Source: Macrostomum hystrix (taxonomy: Eukaryota > Animalia > Platyhelminthes). From it: a stretch of 64,000 nucleotides of DNA. The notes beneath the pieces were generated by a model. That model was not told the origin of the DNA. It was given only the letters and a program-made list of their open reading frames with translations, and made no database searches. Made by a program: the position numbers and the translations under genes. Shown here piece by piece: positions 38,481 through 51,230 of this stretch. The stretch spans positions 5,146,001 through 5,210,000 of the forward strand of contig CATNEN010000005.1 in the NCBI GenBank assembly GCA_950097015.1. The letters run 5' to 3'. Every line of letters starts with the position of its first letter. The stretch's first letter is position 1.

Positions 38481-38809
38481 GCTTTGTAGTGGGGGGCAAA
38501 AATATCTAATCCATGCACGGCTAGCTAAAAATTAAGTTACTTTTTCAGCCCCTAAGTGGCCGAAAGGTGGCCGGAGGTAAGTGGCAGGCTAGTGGCCAAA
38601 TGTGTCCTGTGAAGTGGCCTCTATGGCCGTTTTTTTGTCCACTTAGGTGGCCGTACGCGAGACACGTTCGGCCACTTGCCGGCCACTTACATTCGGCCAC
38701 CTTTCGGCCACTTAGGGGCTGAAAAAGTAACTTAATTTTTAGCTAGCCGTGCATGGATTAGATATTTTTGCCCCCCACTACAAAGCCCCCCACTTTATTT
38801 TTTACAGTG
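38481..38809. mobile_element. Palindromic MITE-like element with a CACTGTAAAAAA-type right terminus; left terminus missing
   Basis: ~95-bp near-perfect inverted repeat (38481-38575 vs ~38692-38786); the right end reads CACTGTAAAAAATAAAGTGG on the minus strand and cuts the Harbinger ORF. Confidence 0.75.
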
Positions 38810-38810
38810 T

Positions 38811-39527
38811 AGGTAGTCTCTATTTGGGTAGCCGCTGTCACCAAGGAGATAGCCGTTCGGGTGAGGCCTCCATCCAGCTTCCAACAGCTCCTGCAGTGTG
38901 CTTCGCCGAAAAACTCTAGCGTCGTTCACCGCCCCGGGCCACTTCGCGGATATGAACAAGAAGCGATGACCGGGATCGCACACCAGCATCACGTTCACAG
39001 ATTTGTTGCCGTGGCGATTAACAAACTGCCCCGGATTGACATGCGGTTTTCTTATTTGTACATGGGTGCCGTTGATGCAGCCGATCACGCGTGGCAGGCC
39101 AGCGATATCTCGGAACTCCAGCAGACACTCGATTCATGTTGGCATCCTCTGGCCACTTCACCAGCTCCGGCAGAAGTAGCTCGTTGACTGCACCAACTAC
39201 TCGATGCACAGCTCTGCTCACTGTTGGTTTTGTCACACCGTGAGCATCGGCAATGGTGCTGTAGTTTGCACCGGTTGCGAGGAACCGCAATGCTACTCGC
39301 ACCTGCTGCGACGGCTCCAGAGCAGCATTTGATCGAGTGGGGTGTTGCAGTCGATGTCCAATTGCCGTGCATACTGTCTCCACGTCCTCCTTTATCAGTC
39401 GAAATCGGGATTGATGATTGTCAGGGCGATCTTCAAATTGAAAATTTATCCGCGGTTTGAACATTCGTGGTCGCCTTGCAGCGTTCTGAGGCTGATCCTC
39501 CTCGTCTGAGGAGTCCGACTCGAACAT
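38811..39527 (-). pseudogene. Harbinger (HARBI1-like) DDE transposase, frameshifted and truncated
   Basis: ALRFLATGANY...HGVTKPTVSR, IGCINGTHV (first catalytic D mutated to N), VCD...F...WPGAVNDARVF, LLGDSGYP; frameshift near 39110; truncated after RDYL. Confidence 0.92.
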
Positions 39528-39608
39528 AGTGACTCGATTAGTGACTATGACTGCCGTAAGATCGCTGAGTTAAAAGCTCGACAAGAAGAAACAGATTATT
39601 CAGACTAT

Positions 39609-41887
39609 TGAAATGGGAGGGTCTTTTGCAAGCGCCGACCTGCACTCATGAGAGAAGATTCCTAGGGCGGGCGACAGAGTCGACTTAAATGACCGCTTAG
39701 CTACACGCGAGATTTCGCGGAAAGAGAGAGGAGATGCAGGGAGGTTCAGCGGATGCAGGGAGTAGTCCTATCGGCCTCAGGCTGGCCAGTTCCACTCGTC
39801 CCATAGGCCACAGGTATGACGGCCGTGCCTACCCCAAGCAATGCTCGAAACCGGCTAAAAGTCTAAAGTGAGGGGTCGGACTATCCGTAGTCAGACAGGA
39901 CAGGGCTAGCCAGCCTACTGCCGTCAGTAGCATGTAAGTAACCGACTCCTAACCTAGGTAGCGGTGGTCGAAACGGCCCAGGCTCTTGTCACAGAAATGC
40001 GGAAAGGCTATTGGCAAAGCGGAAAATGATCTAGGGTAGCGCCACCACCCAATGCGCCTACGTTGCCACCGCAGACATTTGGGAACTTGGGTCCCCGGAG
40101 TACACCGCTCCTAGTTTATCACGTAGATCTAGACAAGCCGAAAAATAGGGCATTCTGCAACTTCCGTTTTAGACTGGGGTGAGAGCCCCAGAATGGATCG
40201 AGACACGCCTCAAAAGGGGATTCCTGAATTCGCGCTACAGGGGTCTAGGAAGGTGGTACTCAGAACTCGAATGAAAATCCATAGCCGGAACCCTACTCAT
40301 GAGACATCAGACACGTTCTTTACATTAGACTGCAGCCTACACATTAGGTAACTAGCAAATCCGAATCTGTGTGAGATGAGGAAATCAGAGACTGGAGAGA
40401 TAAAACAGAACACTGGCTGAGTGATTACGCAAGCGCAAGATTATTGGATCATCACTCTCGCTCCTGTGGCGGCAGTTGCGAGAGGGGGATAAGGGAAAAC
40501 TCCATTGGAAAGGGAGTTCGACACGTACACCTTGAACCCGCCCGAGAGGAAGAAGGAAAGCCCGCAAAGGATTCCCCCGACCTACTGGGAAGAAATGCAC
40601 GCCCTACACTCCGCATTTTACCCGCGAATCCCTAGCTCCATATTACTCTCATGCGCGCTTACAGTCGTCTTCCTGCCGCAGCTTTCAGCTCAGCATCACC
40701 AGAGCCCACCCCCTTAGGAGATTAGCCACTCATCTCTGAGGGCTGTCTAATAGAGAAAATAAAAATGAGGCGGACACGAAATGAAAGGATTTAATTTGTA
40801 GTTAAAGTTCGCCTAGTGTGAAATTAATTGGCTAATCGTTATTAGTTTATTAGGCTAGGAATTCTAAAGCCCCTCCCACTACTGTGCCGCCTAGCTAGGA
40901 GAATAGGTCCTTTAGGAGCAAAAATTAGAAACCGCTGCGCGGGTTACTTAGCTGGAGTCGTTCGGCCGCGTGCTGCAATCCCGTAGTTCTCGGGGAGAGG
41001 CAGGGCAAGATAGCAAAGGCAGAGGAAGGACAGATTATGTCGATGCGGGCAGGGGCCGACGCACCAGGAGCTCAAAGGCTCAATTAGAGTGCTCACCTAA
41101 AGAGGTGGCTGTCGCTACCAGGGGGAAGGAAACAGGCAATGGGCCTGTGAGCGCTAAATCTGAGCTTATAGCTCTGGGGTCTAAGCCCTATGTGGAGAAT
41201 TGGGTCCGGGATAAGCGCTCTGGGTCCGGTGGGAGTCCGGCCCGGCAAAGGTAATGTCGGAGATAGTCCGCCGGGCAGGTCCAGGTCCTAGAGGGAGCAG
41301 CGCAGCGCGCTTGCTTAAATAGTCCTGCAGCACGCCAACCTCGACATCCATCAAAATAACCCACATTCGCGCCAGCCTGTCAACGGGGAATCGAAGCGGC
41401 GATGGGCCACCCCAATTACCCAATGAACCGACGGCGGGAAACGACAGATGTTCTGCGCGAACAGCCGCCGGCAGTCGGCCAATGATTGTTACTCCGCCGG
41501 GACAATGGGAAGCGCAGGCGCCGACCTGCCTACAGTGACATTTACATGTATCTAAAGGAGGGAGGTCATAAAGTCGAGCTGGGCTCGAATACTGTAAAGA
41601 AGTGGGGACATGAAGAATTAATGATCACTCAACTACCTCAATGACCTAAACTACTCATACAATGAAAGCTATGGCCGCGATCAGTCATTCCTGCAGGGGT
41701 CTAGACAGATCCAGGGAAATGGGATTCGACGGCTACTTAATTCACCGCCGCCCAAAACCCGGCCCTAAGATTAATGATCTTGTTTGCGGCCAGCTGCTAT
41801 GTGGGTCGCAATTATTAGGTACTTAAAAATTTGAAAAATTCTGCTGGCTTACATTCCCACTCGATTCCCGCAGCACACTCCACATCA
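39609..41887 (-). mobile_element. Solo LTR 1 (2279 bp), probably Gypsy-type
   Basis: TGAAATGG...CCACATCA termini, 4-bp TSD CTAT (39605-8 / 41888-91); TATA-like TATTTAAG (41314-21) and AATAAA (40846-51) on the minus strand; no internal domain. Confidence 0.85.
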
Positions 41888-43020
41888 CTATTTATCTCCA
41901 GACGGCTGCTCACTCATCCAGGCGCGCTGTCTATGAAACAAACCGCTTGTAACTGGCACTTGTCACTACTCGCTTGTCACTTGTTGGAGCTTGTAACTTG
42001 TAAAAATTCTATGTAACGAAAATCGCTGCTCACTGCTCACTTGTCACACTTGTAACTCCGACAAGTGCTCTATTAAACGGGGCCCTGGATGCTGGCCATC
42101 ATCAATCGGCAGGGTAAATCCAAAATTTCCGACACAATGGTAAAAAATTGTGTCCTAGGACTGCCAAAAGTAATAGGACCAACGATGGTCATAAAGAATG
42201 GTCTTAAATAAGACATATAAGTGTATTCTATTTAGAAAATCAAGAGTTAAAGGCGAAAACATTCCCAACAAAATTCCTGGAATGCAAATTGTAAAAAAAA
42301 AAGGTTTTTTTAGTGTCCCACGCGTAAATTTTTTTTCAAATAAAAAAATTATTATTTGAACTGCTTATAATCATTTGCTCTTTGCTTTTTTTGCTTGCTA
42401 ACATACTAAACAGTATTGTTTTAATGCACTCGTTTTTCAAGTGGCTAATTTCAGACTAATTTTCTGCCATTTTGTTCTGTCCCAACAATTCACTGTTGTT
42501 GTGATAAGTCACATAGCCGACGCTTGATTGAAGCAATCTGTAAGTCAATTTATGCTTATGAGAATGTCTTTTTATACACCTACTATCACTGTACAATGGT
42601 CACTAAGTGGAATTTCTATATCTGTAATATGCTTAAAGCAGTTACTGATTCAATGCAGTATCGTGATGTAATAGGCACAATTTGTCACATAGCCGACGCC
42701 ACTCGTTTTCAAATCTCTTTCTGATGCTTTACTGTAAGTTTGTTTTCTGTTTTTATTTTCTTTTATTGACCTCTGGGCTACAAGTTTTTATGATTTGCGA
42801 AAATAATCTTTAAAGCAATACTTTTTTAGTATATTAGCACAACTTGTCACAGCCGATGGCGTCGGCTGTGTGACAGGTAGCGTCGGCTATGTGACAGGTA
42901 ACATTAACTATAGTAGGAAGCACATGGAAGTCTGGAACTGGAAGTCTAGCCTTGGAAATATGATTTACTACTTTACTAGCATTAAACAATACTTTCATTA
43001 TTTACCCACAGCTTGCAAGG

Positions 43021-46000
43021 ATGGTAATCGATATCGAAAAAAAGCGAGAGCGGGATCGGCGCTATCGCGAAAAGCAGCGGCTAGAAAATAAGGAAAACTT
43101 CAATTCAAAAAGGAAAGAGACTGCGAAGAAATGCCGCCAGAAGAGAGCAGAAAAAATGACTCCTCGAGATAGAAGAGCAGATCAGAAGTCTGCCAGAGAG
43201 AGAAAGAGACTGGAGCGTTGCAGGAAGAAGCAGCAAGCTGCAGCTGCAATGACGCAGCTAGTCCAACAAGATACTCCTGATGCTGCTGCCGACATCCCTA
43301 GCAGCAGCACCTGCCTGGCATCTGGTAGTGAAGGTCTGACGGCGATGGCGAGTCCGATGGCAACAGCAAGGACTCCGACTACTTCGGCGATTGTAGTTTC
43401 GACTCCAAGTCCAAGAACCAGGGCGATGGAGCAACTAACTCCAGGAAGTACATCGACTATTCCGTGGTGAAGTGGGTGGGTGTTTGCAATCCGATGACCT
43501 GTCCTCATGAGAGAAGAGAGTGTGGGAATGGCGATAGAGTCAGAAGTCGTACCGCAAAGCCTCGCGATTTGTCGCGGAAAGAGGGATGAAGGGAGAGATG
43601 AAGGGAGAGACAGTGGATGCAGGGAGTGGTCCTCTCGGCCTCAGGCTGGCCAGTCCCACTCAACCCATAGGCCACAGGCATGACTGCCGTGCCTACCCCA
43701 AGCAGTGCTCGAAACCGGCTAAAGTCCAAGAGATATCGGACTACCCGCAAGCAGGTAGGACAGGGCTAGATAGCCTACTGTCATCAGTAGCATGTACATA
43801 ACTGACTCCTAACAGTGGTAGCAGTGGTCGATTCGGCCTAGGCTCTTGTCTTAGAAATGCGGAAAGGCTATTGGCAAAGCGGAAAATGATCTAGGGTAGC
43901 GCCACCACCCAATGCGCCTACGTTGCCACCGCAGACATTTGGGAACTTGGGTCCCCGGAGTTCACAGCTCCTAGTTTGTCACACAGATCTCAGACAAGCC
44001 GAAAAATAGGGCATTCTGTAACTTCCGTTTTAGACTAGGGCGAGGACCCCAGAATGGATCGAGACACGCCTCAACAGGGGATTCCTGAATCTGCGCTACA
44101 GTGGTCTAGAAAGGTGGTACTCAGAACCTGAATGAGAAACCCATAGCCAGAATCCTACTCATGGGACATCAGACACATTCTGTACATTAGACTACAGCCT
44201 ACACATTAAATAACTAGCAAATCCGAATCCGTGTGAGTGGAGGAAAACAGAGGCAGGAGAGGTTAAGCAGAACACTGGCTGAGTGATTATGCAAGCGAAA
44301 GATTAAATGATCGTCGCCCTCGCTCCCGTGGCGGCAGCAGCGAGAGGCGGGGAACAGAAGGGAAACTTAATTGGCAGGGGAGGTTGACACGTACTCCTTG
44401 ATCCGCCAGGAAGAGAGGAAAAACCCGCCAAGGAATTCCCCACCCCTAGCAGAGAAACACATGCTACGCTCCGCATATTACTCGCAAATCCCTAGCTCCA
44501 TATTACTCTCATGCGCGCTCACAATTGTCTTCCTGCCGCAGCTTTCAGCTCGGCATCACCAAAGCCCACCCCCTAATGAGTTAGCCACTCATGATTGAGG
44601 GCTGTCTAATGGAAAAATAAGAGGAAAAGAACAGCATGATAAAAAGGTTTAGTTGTTATTAAATTGGCCTAATTATTAAAGCGGCAATCCGTTAATAAAT
44701 GGTTTATTAGGCTAAAATACCGCCCTTGCCCCGATTGTCCCACTAGCTAAATAATAAATCCCTTAAGGATAACAATTAAAATCCGCTGCGCGGGTTACTT
44801 AGCTGATTGTTGGTTTGACTTCGCTGCAGGCCGTCGTTCTCGCGGGGATTGGCATACGAAAAGGGAAAGAGGAAGGGGATTTCTAAGTGCAGCTGGCAAG
44901 GGGCCAAACTGCAGGGAGCTCAAGGCTCAATTTAGGCTCACCTTAGGAGGTGGCTTGCGCTCGAGGACTCTAGCAGGTATTGACCTGCGACTATACTTTG
45001 GAGCCTTAGGCTCAGGGACTAAGCGCTAGACTCTAAGGGGGGAGTCCACGGACCGAGCTCCGGGACCGGACAGGGGGAAAAGGTATGGGGGAAGGAGAAA
45101 GGTTGAAAAGGAAGGGTTCAAAAAAAAGGTCCAAAGGGAGGTTCCTCTAGGGGCAGCGCAGCGCGCTTTCTTAAATAGTCCTGCAGCTCCGTCAACCCCG
45201 CATTCATCAAAGCAACCCACATGCTCGCCAGCCTGTCAGCGAGGAATCGGGTCGGCATTATGCCACCCCAATTGCCCACTGAAGCGGCGGCGAGAATCGC
45301 CAGATGCCCCACTAGGAGCGTCTGCCGGCAGTCGGCCAATGATTGTGATCCCGCCGGGATATGGGAAGCGCAGGCGCCGACCTGCCTATAGTGTCGTTAC
45401 ATGTATCTAAAGGGGGAAAAGGTCATAATCGAGCTTCGGCTCGGGTTACAGTAAAGAAAAGGGGACATGAAGAATTAATGCTCGCTCTAGACGCATGAGT
45501 GATCCCTACAATCTGATCGCGGTTTGGAGGGGAATTATGACCTAAACTAGTCCATACAGTATTGCTATGGCCGCGATCAGTCACTTCTACAGGAGACTAG
45601 ACAGATCCGAGGCAAGGGGAATCGGCGGCTACTTAATTCACCTCCGCCCCAAGCCTGGCCCTAAGATTAATGATTGTGTTCTGCGGCCAGCTGCTATGTG
45701 GGTCGCGATTATTTGGCTACTAAAAATTTGAAAAATTATGCTGGCTCACACTCCCACTCGATTCCCGCAGCACACTCCACATCAGTGGACAGATCTTTCT
45801 GCCAGGAGTGTGGCTGCACGTGCTCGTGAAAGCGACCGCGCCAGGCAGCAGCTCAAGCAGGCATTAGACACCAACAAGCAGCTCAAGAGGGATTCTGAAC
45901 GCTACAAGAAGCGCTATTATCGCTTGGTGAGTCATAATTTGATATGACTTTAAAGTAATATTAAATATATGATTAATTTTTTTCTGTCTTGATAGCATGG

Positions 46001-48865
46001 CAGATTTTATGGCAGATGCTTTATGGCAGATGCTTAAGAGCCAGAAAGCTCCATCTGCCAATTTGCGTCAGCGACGAGTAAAATCGGATTTTCGGTCGGG
46101 TCTCAAAAGTGCCTGCTTCAAGCAGCTGCAGCTGCATATTCGCCGGGTCCGCACTTCGCGCGCACTGTCCGACGCTTCCGTGTCCGCAAGTGATGTAGCT
46201 CTCGATGTGCTAGCCGGATTTCGGCGCACACGTGCAGTTGTGCTCATCATGAAGAAGGTAAAATCGATTATAGCTAAGTTGGGTCTGGTGTTTCATCAGT
46301 TGGACAATTACTTATCAGTTGAATATGATTACTCTACATTTCTGTAATCGAACATAATAGATAGAGCAGGATAGAGAAGTAGAGTAGACAGAGTTGGAAT
46401 TAGGCTCGGAGTTATCTTCTAGCTGTAGCAAAGTTATAATCTATCACTCAATATCACTCAATCACTCAATAATCTATCTTATTACATGTACTTAATGCAC
46501 AGATCTGCCAGAATGTTCATCGCGGTGCAAGGCGTCACGTGATGAGGAAACTGCGGATCGGTTACCGCACACTCAGCCAGCCTGACCGACCGGCCAATGC
46601 TCAGCGAGCACCAACGGCTCTTGAGTCCAAGATAATTGATTTTGTCACGCGCGATGACAATTCGCGCCTGACGTCCGGAAGAAAGGACACTGTGCCGGCC
46701 GGTGGCGGCACTCAGATCCAGAAGCGATTTCTGAACTTCTCCGTCGACTTCCTATATGAGAAATTCCTCTCAGAGAACCCGGAGTTAAAAATCGCTCGAT
46801 CGACGTTCTATTTTCTCCGGCAGAAGGCCTTCTATGTAAAGCCGCCGCGCCTGTGCGACCGGCGCCAGTGCATGTGTTCACGCTGCGCCAATCTTGATGT
46901 GAGTTTGCAACTTAACTTTTTTAGACTTAACTTGTAATTTTTTATTTACCAGAAGTCTGCATTCCATTCTCAAAAACAAACTTAACATAATCCCAAATGC
47001 AGCTACTCGTCGATGCACTTTTCTGCCGGAAAATGCTGGGCTGTCGCGACAAACACCGGCTTCTTCAGGCAATAGTCTGCAAGAACGATGCGTACGCCTG
47101 CATGTACCGCGAGTGTGCGCAATGTCGTGAAAAGACAGTTGTCCCACACATGCCAGATGGCGCCAGAGACGACGATTTGACTTACCACCAGTGGGAGTTG
47201 ACGCAAAACAGAGCCACAGGCTTCAAGTCGACACAGTGCGTGGAGAAGTCCGACAGTCTGCCTAACGCATTCGACAAGTTTCGCCAGTTGCTGACTGAGT
47301 TCGCGGCGCACTCTTATCGAGTGCACCATCAGCTGGACGCTATGCGGCAGATACGCAGCACTGCAGCCCCTGGCCACATTATTCTGCACGTCGACTTTTC
47401 CGAGAATTACTCGGGAAAGTTTGGTCGTGAAGTACAGTCTGCCCACTTTGGTTTCCGTCAGGAGATCACGATTCATCAGGGTATTCTGTACAGGGTGGTA
47501 AGCTTTCATAGGGATAACCTAGTAACTCAATCATTTTGTTTGATATCTCATGAAAGGTTGGAAAGGATTTGATCAATGAATCGTAATTAAATTGATTTCA
47601 CATTCACTTTTATTTCACATGCTTTTCCCCATTCAGAACTCCGATCCCGTGCCGTTTGCGACGCTGTCGGAAGAAAAGACGAAGACATCGGAGGCCGTCT
47701 TGGCCCATCTACGGCCGATTCTCGACTTCAGCCAGTTAAACGGCCCAGTCGAACAAGTGACTGTTATTACGGATTCGCCGTCGTCCCAATATCGTAACAG
47801 AAACACAATGTTTCTGTTTCAGCGCGAGATGGCCATCCGAGGCATCGACTCCTGGCAGTGGCTATTTTCAGAAGCCGGGCATGGCAAAGGTGCTCCGGAT
47901 GGCGTTGGTGCTGTAATAAAGCGCAGCTGTGATCGCGCAGTGGCCAATGGTCACTCAGTGAATAACGTCTCAGAGGTCGAAGCTGCAATGAACGGCCAGC
48001 TTAGCGAGTCGCGCATTCTGCTGATGCGGGTAATAATATAGTTTGAGTAAATTGTATCATTGCTAAAAATGTACTTGTCACATCTTGGGGGAATAAAAAG
48101 CAGAGCTTATGATCTTATTGTTTTATCAACTTATTGATCAGGTACTTGCAGGTGACATTGCTGATGTTGCTATGGTACTCGAGGCAAACCGCCACACCAT
48201 CCCACCAATGCCGGGCCTTACCAAGACGCACCATGTCATGAAGGTTAACGAGTCCGCTCCAATCGTTTACCGCGAGCTTTCCTGCATTTGCGCTGATGCC
48301 TGCGTCTGCTTTGGCGCAAAGCAGTGGCATCCAAGACACCCCGATGCGGCACAATCGGAAGAGCATCCTGAGCACACAATGACTGACTGTCGACAAAATT
48401 GTTGAGCTGCCACTACCGAAGTCTGCACAGCCTACAGTGAACGACTTTGTCGCGGTCGTTTACGAGGACACGTGGTACCTCGGCCAAGTCACGGCTGTCA
48501 ATGGCGCCATGATAGCCGTCTCGTATATGCGTCGTGAGCATGATAACAACAGGTATGATGTATATGTATGCTGATGCATGATGTATGATGTATGCGCATA
48601 CTGTTAACAGAATACAACATTACTGAACTAATTAAATTCTTGTTTGCTCTTTCCCTTTGCCTCAAAACACCCATCTAGGTTCATCTGGCCCTCAAAGCTG
48701 GACAATGACAATATTCAAGCAGAGTCAATTCTGACTGTGTGCAGGGCGACGCCGGAACTGTTGCCTGGCAGCTCAAAACGCCGTTGTGCAATGGGCCTCC
48801 CAGATTGCGAGTATCGGCGCATCCAGGCGTGCTACCAGACGATGGAAGTCACCACTGGGGTGTAG
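43021..48865 (+). pseudogene. Multi-exon Sola2-like DDD transposase disrupted by a solo LTR and an apparent frameshift near 48395
   Basis: HVDFSENYS...EVQSAHFG, ITDSPSSQYRN, FSEAGHGKGAPDGVGAVIKR; C-terminal FVAVVYEDTWYLGQV...FIWP module; GT-AG introns visible. Confidence 0.85.
43468..45784 (-). mobile_element. Solo LTR 2 (2317 bp), same family as LTR 1
   Basis: TGAAGTGG...CCACATCA termini, TSD GTGG (43464-7 / 45785-8); removing it restores the frame TIPW-TDLSARS. Confidence 0.88.
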
Positions 48866-49437
48866 AGTTTCTTGTGGGCTGCTGGTTCGTTTTTCTATTT
48901 TTGTGACATCAAACATTATGGTATAGGGCCTTTGCTTAGTTGCGTTTTATGCGCCTTTTATGCAATTTATGCGCCTCCAATATGCTGCCATATACCTTCT
49001 GCTCTCTGATAGTCGCTGTTTTACTTTATCAATTCTTTCAATATATTCGATTCTCTACTAACGAAGCCACTTTGAATTGAATGGGAAGCCTTTTTGACAG
49101 GAGAACTTTTCTGTTAGTAATTTCGAGCATATCCAAGTATTTATTTCATGCAGACAACACTTAAAATTTCACTGCCAACAAGTGGTGTCACATAGCAGAC
49201 GCTTGATGTCACATAGCCGACGCTTGATGTCACATAGCCGATGCTTGATGTCACATAGCCGACGCTTGAAATATCTGAAAATGAGAAAATAATGAGTTAT
49301 ATCCATTTCTTGTGTTTTTCTTTATGATTTTCTTGATCTCAATATAATTTTCTTCTAACTAACAAAGAATTATGACAATAGAAAGTGGTAAAGTCTTAGG
49401 ACAAGATTTCTGTCAATAATTTTGGATTTACCCGGCA

Positions 49438-51230
49438 CAGTGGCTGGATCTACGCAATTTGTGGCACGTGCAGATTCGCTCTGCAGCAGCTGGAGAAGGG
49501 CAAACATGCCATCGTTTGCCCTTCGATGTGCCATCGAAATGTGCCATCGATGTATGACTTCAGGGACGTGCAGCCACTGCCGGTGACCCGATCAGTGGGC
49601 CAAGATGGATGCGACTGTAAGATCTGCAGCACTGCCAGATGCAGAGTCCATCCTCCAGAAGCCAACGTCCCAAAGCGGTCTGTTGGGCGGCCGAGTTTGA
49701 CGGCGGACGAGGCTACAACGCCCAAGCCCGAAATGGTCAAGGTCTGCTCCTTCTGCATCAGTCCTATTGGCAGGGGCAAGCCGCACACATGCAACAGACC
49801 CACAAGACTGCAGAATGCGCATGCCCTGATGCAGGCAGCGTCGCCGGAATTCCCAGAGCGGCTCGCCACAACGATTGTGCGGCAGAAACTTATTACTTCA
49901 GGCTCCGGAGACAGCCTCGGGCATCACCGTGCTGGCATCCAACGCTGGACCATCAATGAGGTTGGCCGTGAATCCGCCGCCTCCGAAGCCAACAGTGGTC
50001 TTCACGGCGGATAATAATATGCGTCATCTGCAAGGTGAGCTGGGTCTCAGTGCGCACAAAATGGAGGTTGTACTTCGAAATCTTCGGTCTTCGATTGGCG
50101 CTTCAGCTGTCCAGAGCAACATCCGGCAGACATTGAGGGAGATGGGTCACGAACTGGATGACCTCTTCCAAGCGAAGCAGCTGGCGTTTATCCGCGAAGA
50201 GAGGGGAAGGCAGACTCCAGCTGAGCACTGGGCTGTTGTCTGCACTGATGTGGTTGAGCTCCTGGGCCGCATAATTTGCAAACCGCCGGCTGATGGATGG
50301 TGCTTCCACAGTCGTCAGAATTGGAATAGATAGTGGATGCGGGTTCTTGAAGCTCTCGATATCCGTTTTTGACCTGTGCGTGTGTGCTGGTGAGGAGCAG
50401 CAGAAGGGGGCTGATCGCCGAATCCTCGACACTGGCGTGCATCGGGCCGTCATCCTTGGCATCGCTCCCAACACGCAGGAGAACCACAGGAACCTGGAGT
50501 GTCTCTGGGAGAGCTGCTGCCTGCAGCTTCTGTCGGCAAACATCAGCATCGCGTGTGACCTGAAGCTTGCCAACATCCTGCTCGGCTTGATGGCCCACAG
50601 CAGCTTGCATCCCTGCACCTGGTGCAACATCAATAAAGGGAGCCTTGACAGCTGCGACGAGCAAAGGACCTTTGGCAGCCTCAGTGAGAAATACCAGGCC
50701 TACCTGGCTGCTGGTGGTGAACGCCAACTAGCTAAGCACTTCGATAATGTCGTCCAGCCCAGCATCTTTTCCGCTGGAGTTGAAATCCCGGTGTTGCACA
50801 TTGTCCCTCCACCAGAGCTGCACCTGCTGACCGGTGCGGTCCATGTGCTGTATGAGGGTCTGCATGGTGTGTGGCCCGAGAGCAAAGCTTGGCTTACAGC
50901 TTGCAATGTCCAATGTGACCAGCATCACGGTGGCAGCTTCACTGGCAATGCGAGCCGCAAGTTGCATGCACAATGTGGACCTGCTTGAAGCGATGTGCCC
51001 AATGGCAGTGCTGCCGTTTGTTGCCGTCCTTTGAGCGTTGAACTCGGTTGTGGTGTCAAGCTTCAGGAGTGAGCTGCGTCCCAATTTTGAGCAGGCGATT
51101 CAGGAATTTCGCACCAGTTATGCCAATCTCAGCATTTCCATCAATCCAAAAATGCATATGTTTGGCCTCTTTTTTGTCAGGAAATCCAGCCCAAATTAAT
51201 CAAATTTCTTTTTGGTTTGATGCTAGATGA
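49438..51230 (+). pseudogene. Chapaev/CMC-like transposase remnant (its N-part continues at 42086-42111)
   Basis: ICGTC...CDCKIC...CSFC...HTC Zn motifs; IGIDSGCGFLK, QENHRNL, CDLKLANILLGL...HPCTWC, PPPELHLLTG, HGGSFTGNASRKL; several frameshifts. Confidence 0.7.

Larger units (their letters stand above)
38810..42085 (-). mobile_element. PIF/Harbinger transposon remnant (5' terminus at ~42085, 3' part lost)
   Basis: Harbinger transposase at 38811-39527; the terminus reads GGGCCCCGTTTAATAGAGCACTTGTC on the minus strand, with repeated ACAAGT/TGACAAG subterminal motifs. Confidence 0.75.
42112..49433 (+). mobile_element. Complete Sola2-type DNA transposon
   Basis: Imperfect TIR GGGTAAATCCAAAATT...GACA...TGTCCTA(G/A)GACT, GGG/CCC termini, 4-bp TSD GGCA (42108-11 / 49434-37), and GTCACATAGCCGACGC subterminal motifs at both ends. 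Confidence 0.85.

Noticed and set aside
43770-43830. Hammerhead ribozyme core (CTGATGA on the minus strand) in LTR 2
   Set aside because: There is no properly placed GAAA or stem II, and LTR 1 has CTGACGG at this position.
40385-45339. Short ORFs inside the solo LTRs
   Set aside because: Their frames and starts are not preserved between the two copies and they show no gag/pol motifs.
39609-45784. The two LTRs as the ends of one full-length retrotransposon
   Set aside because: Each LTR has its own TSD, they are clearly diverged, and the interval holds Harbinger/Sola2 sequence rather than gag-pol.
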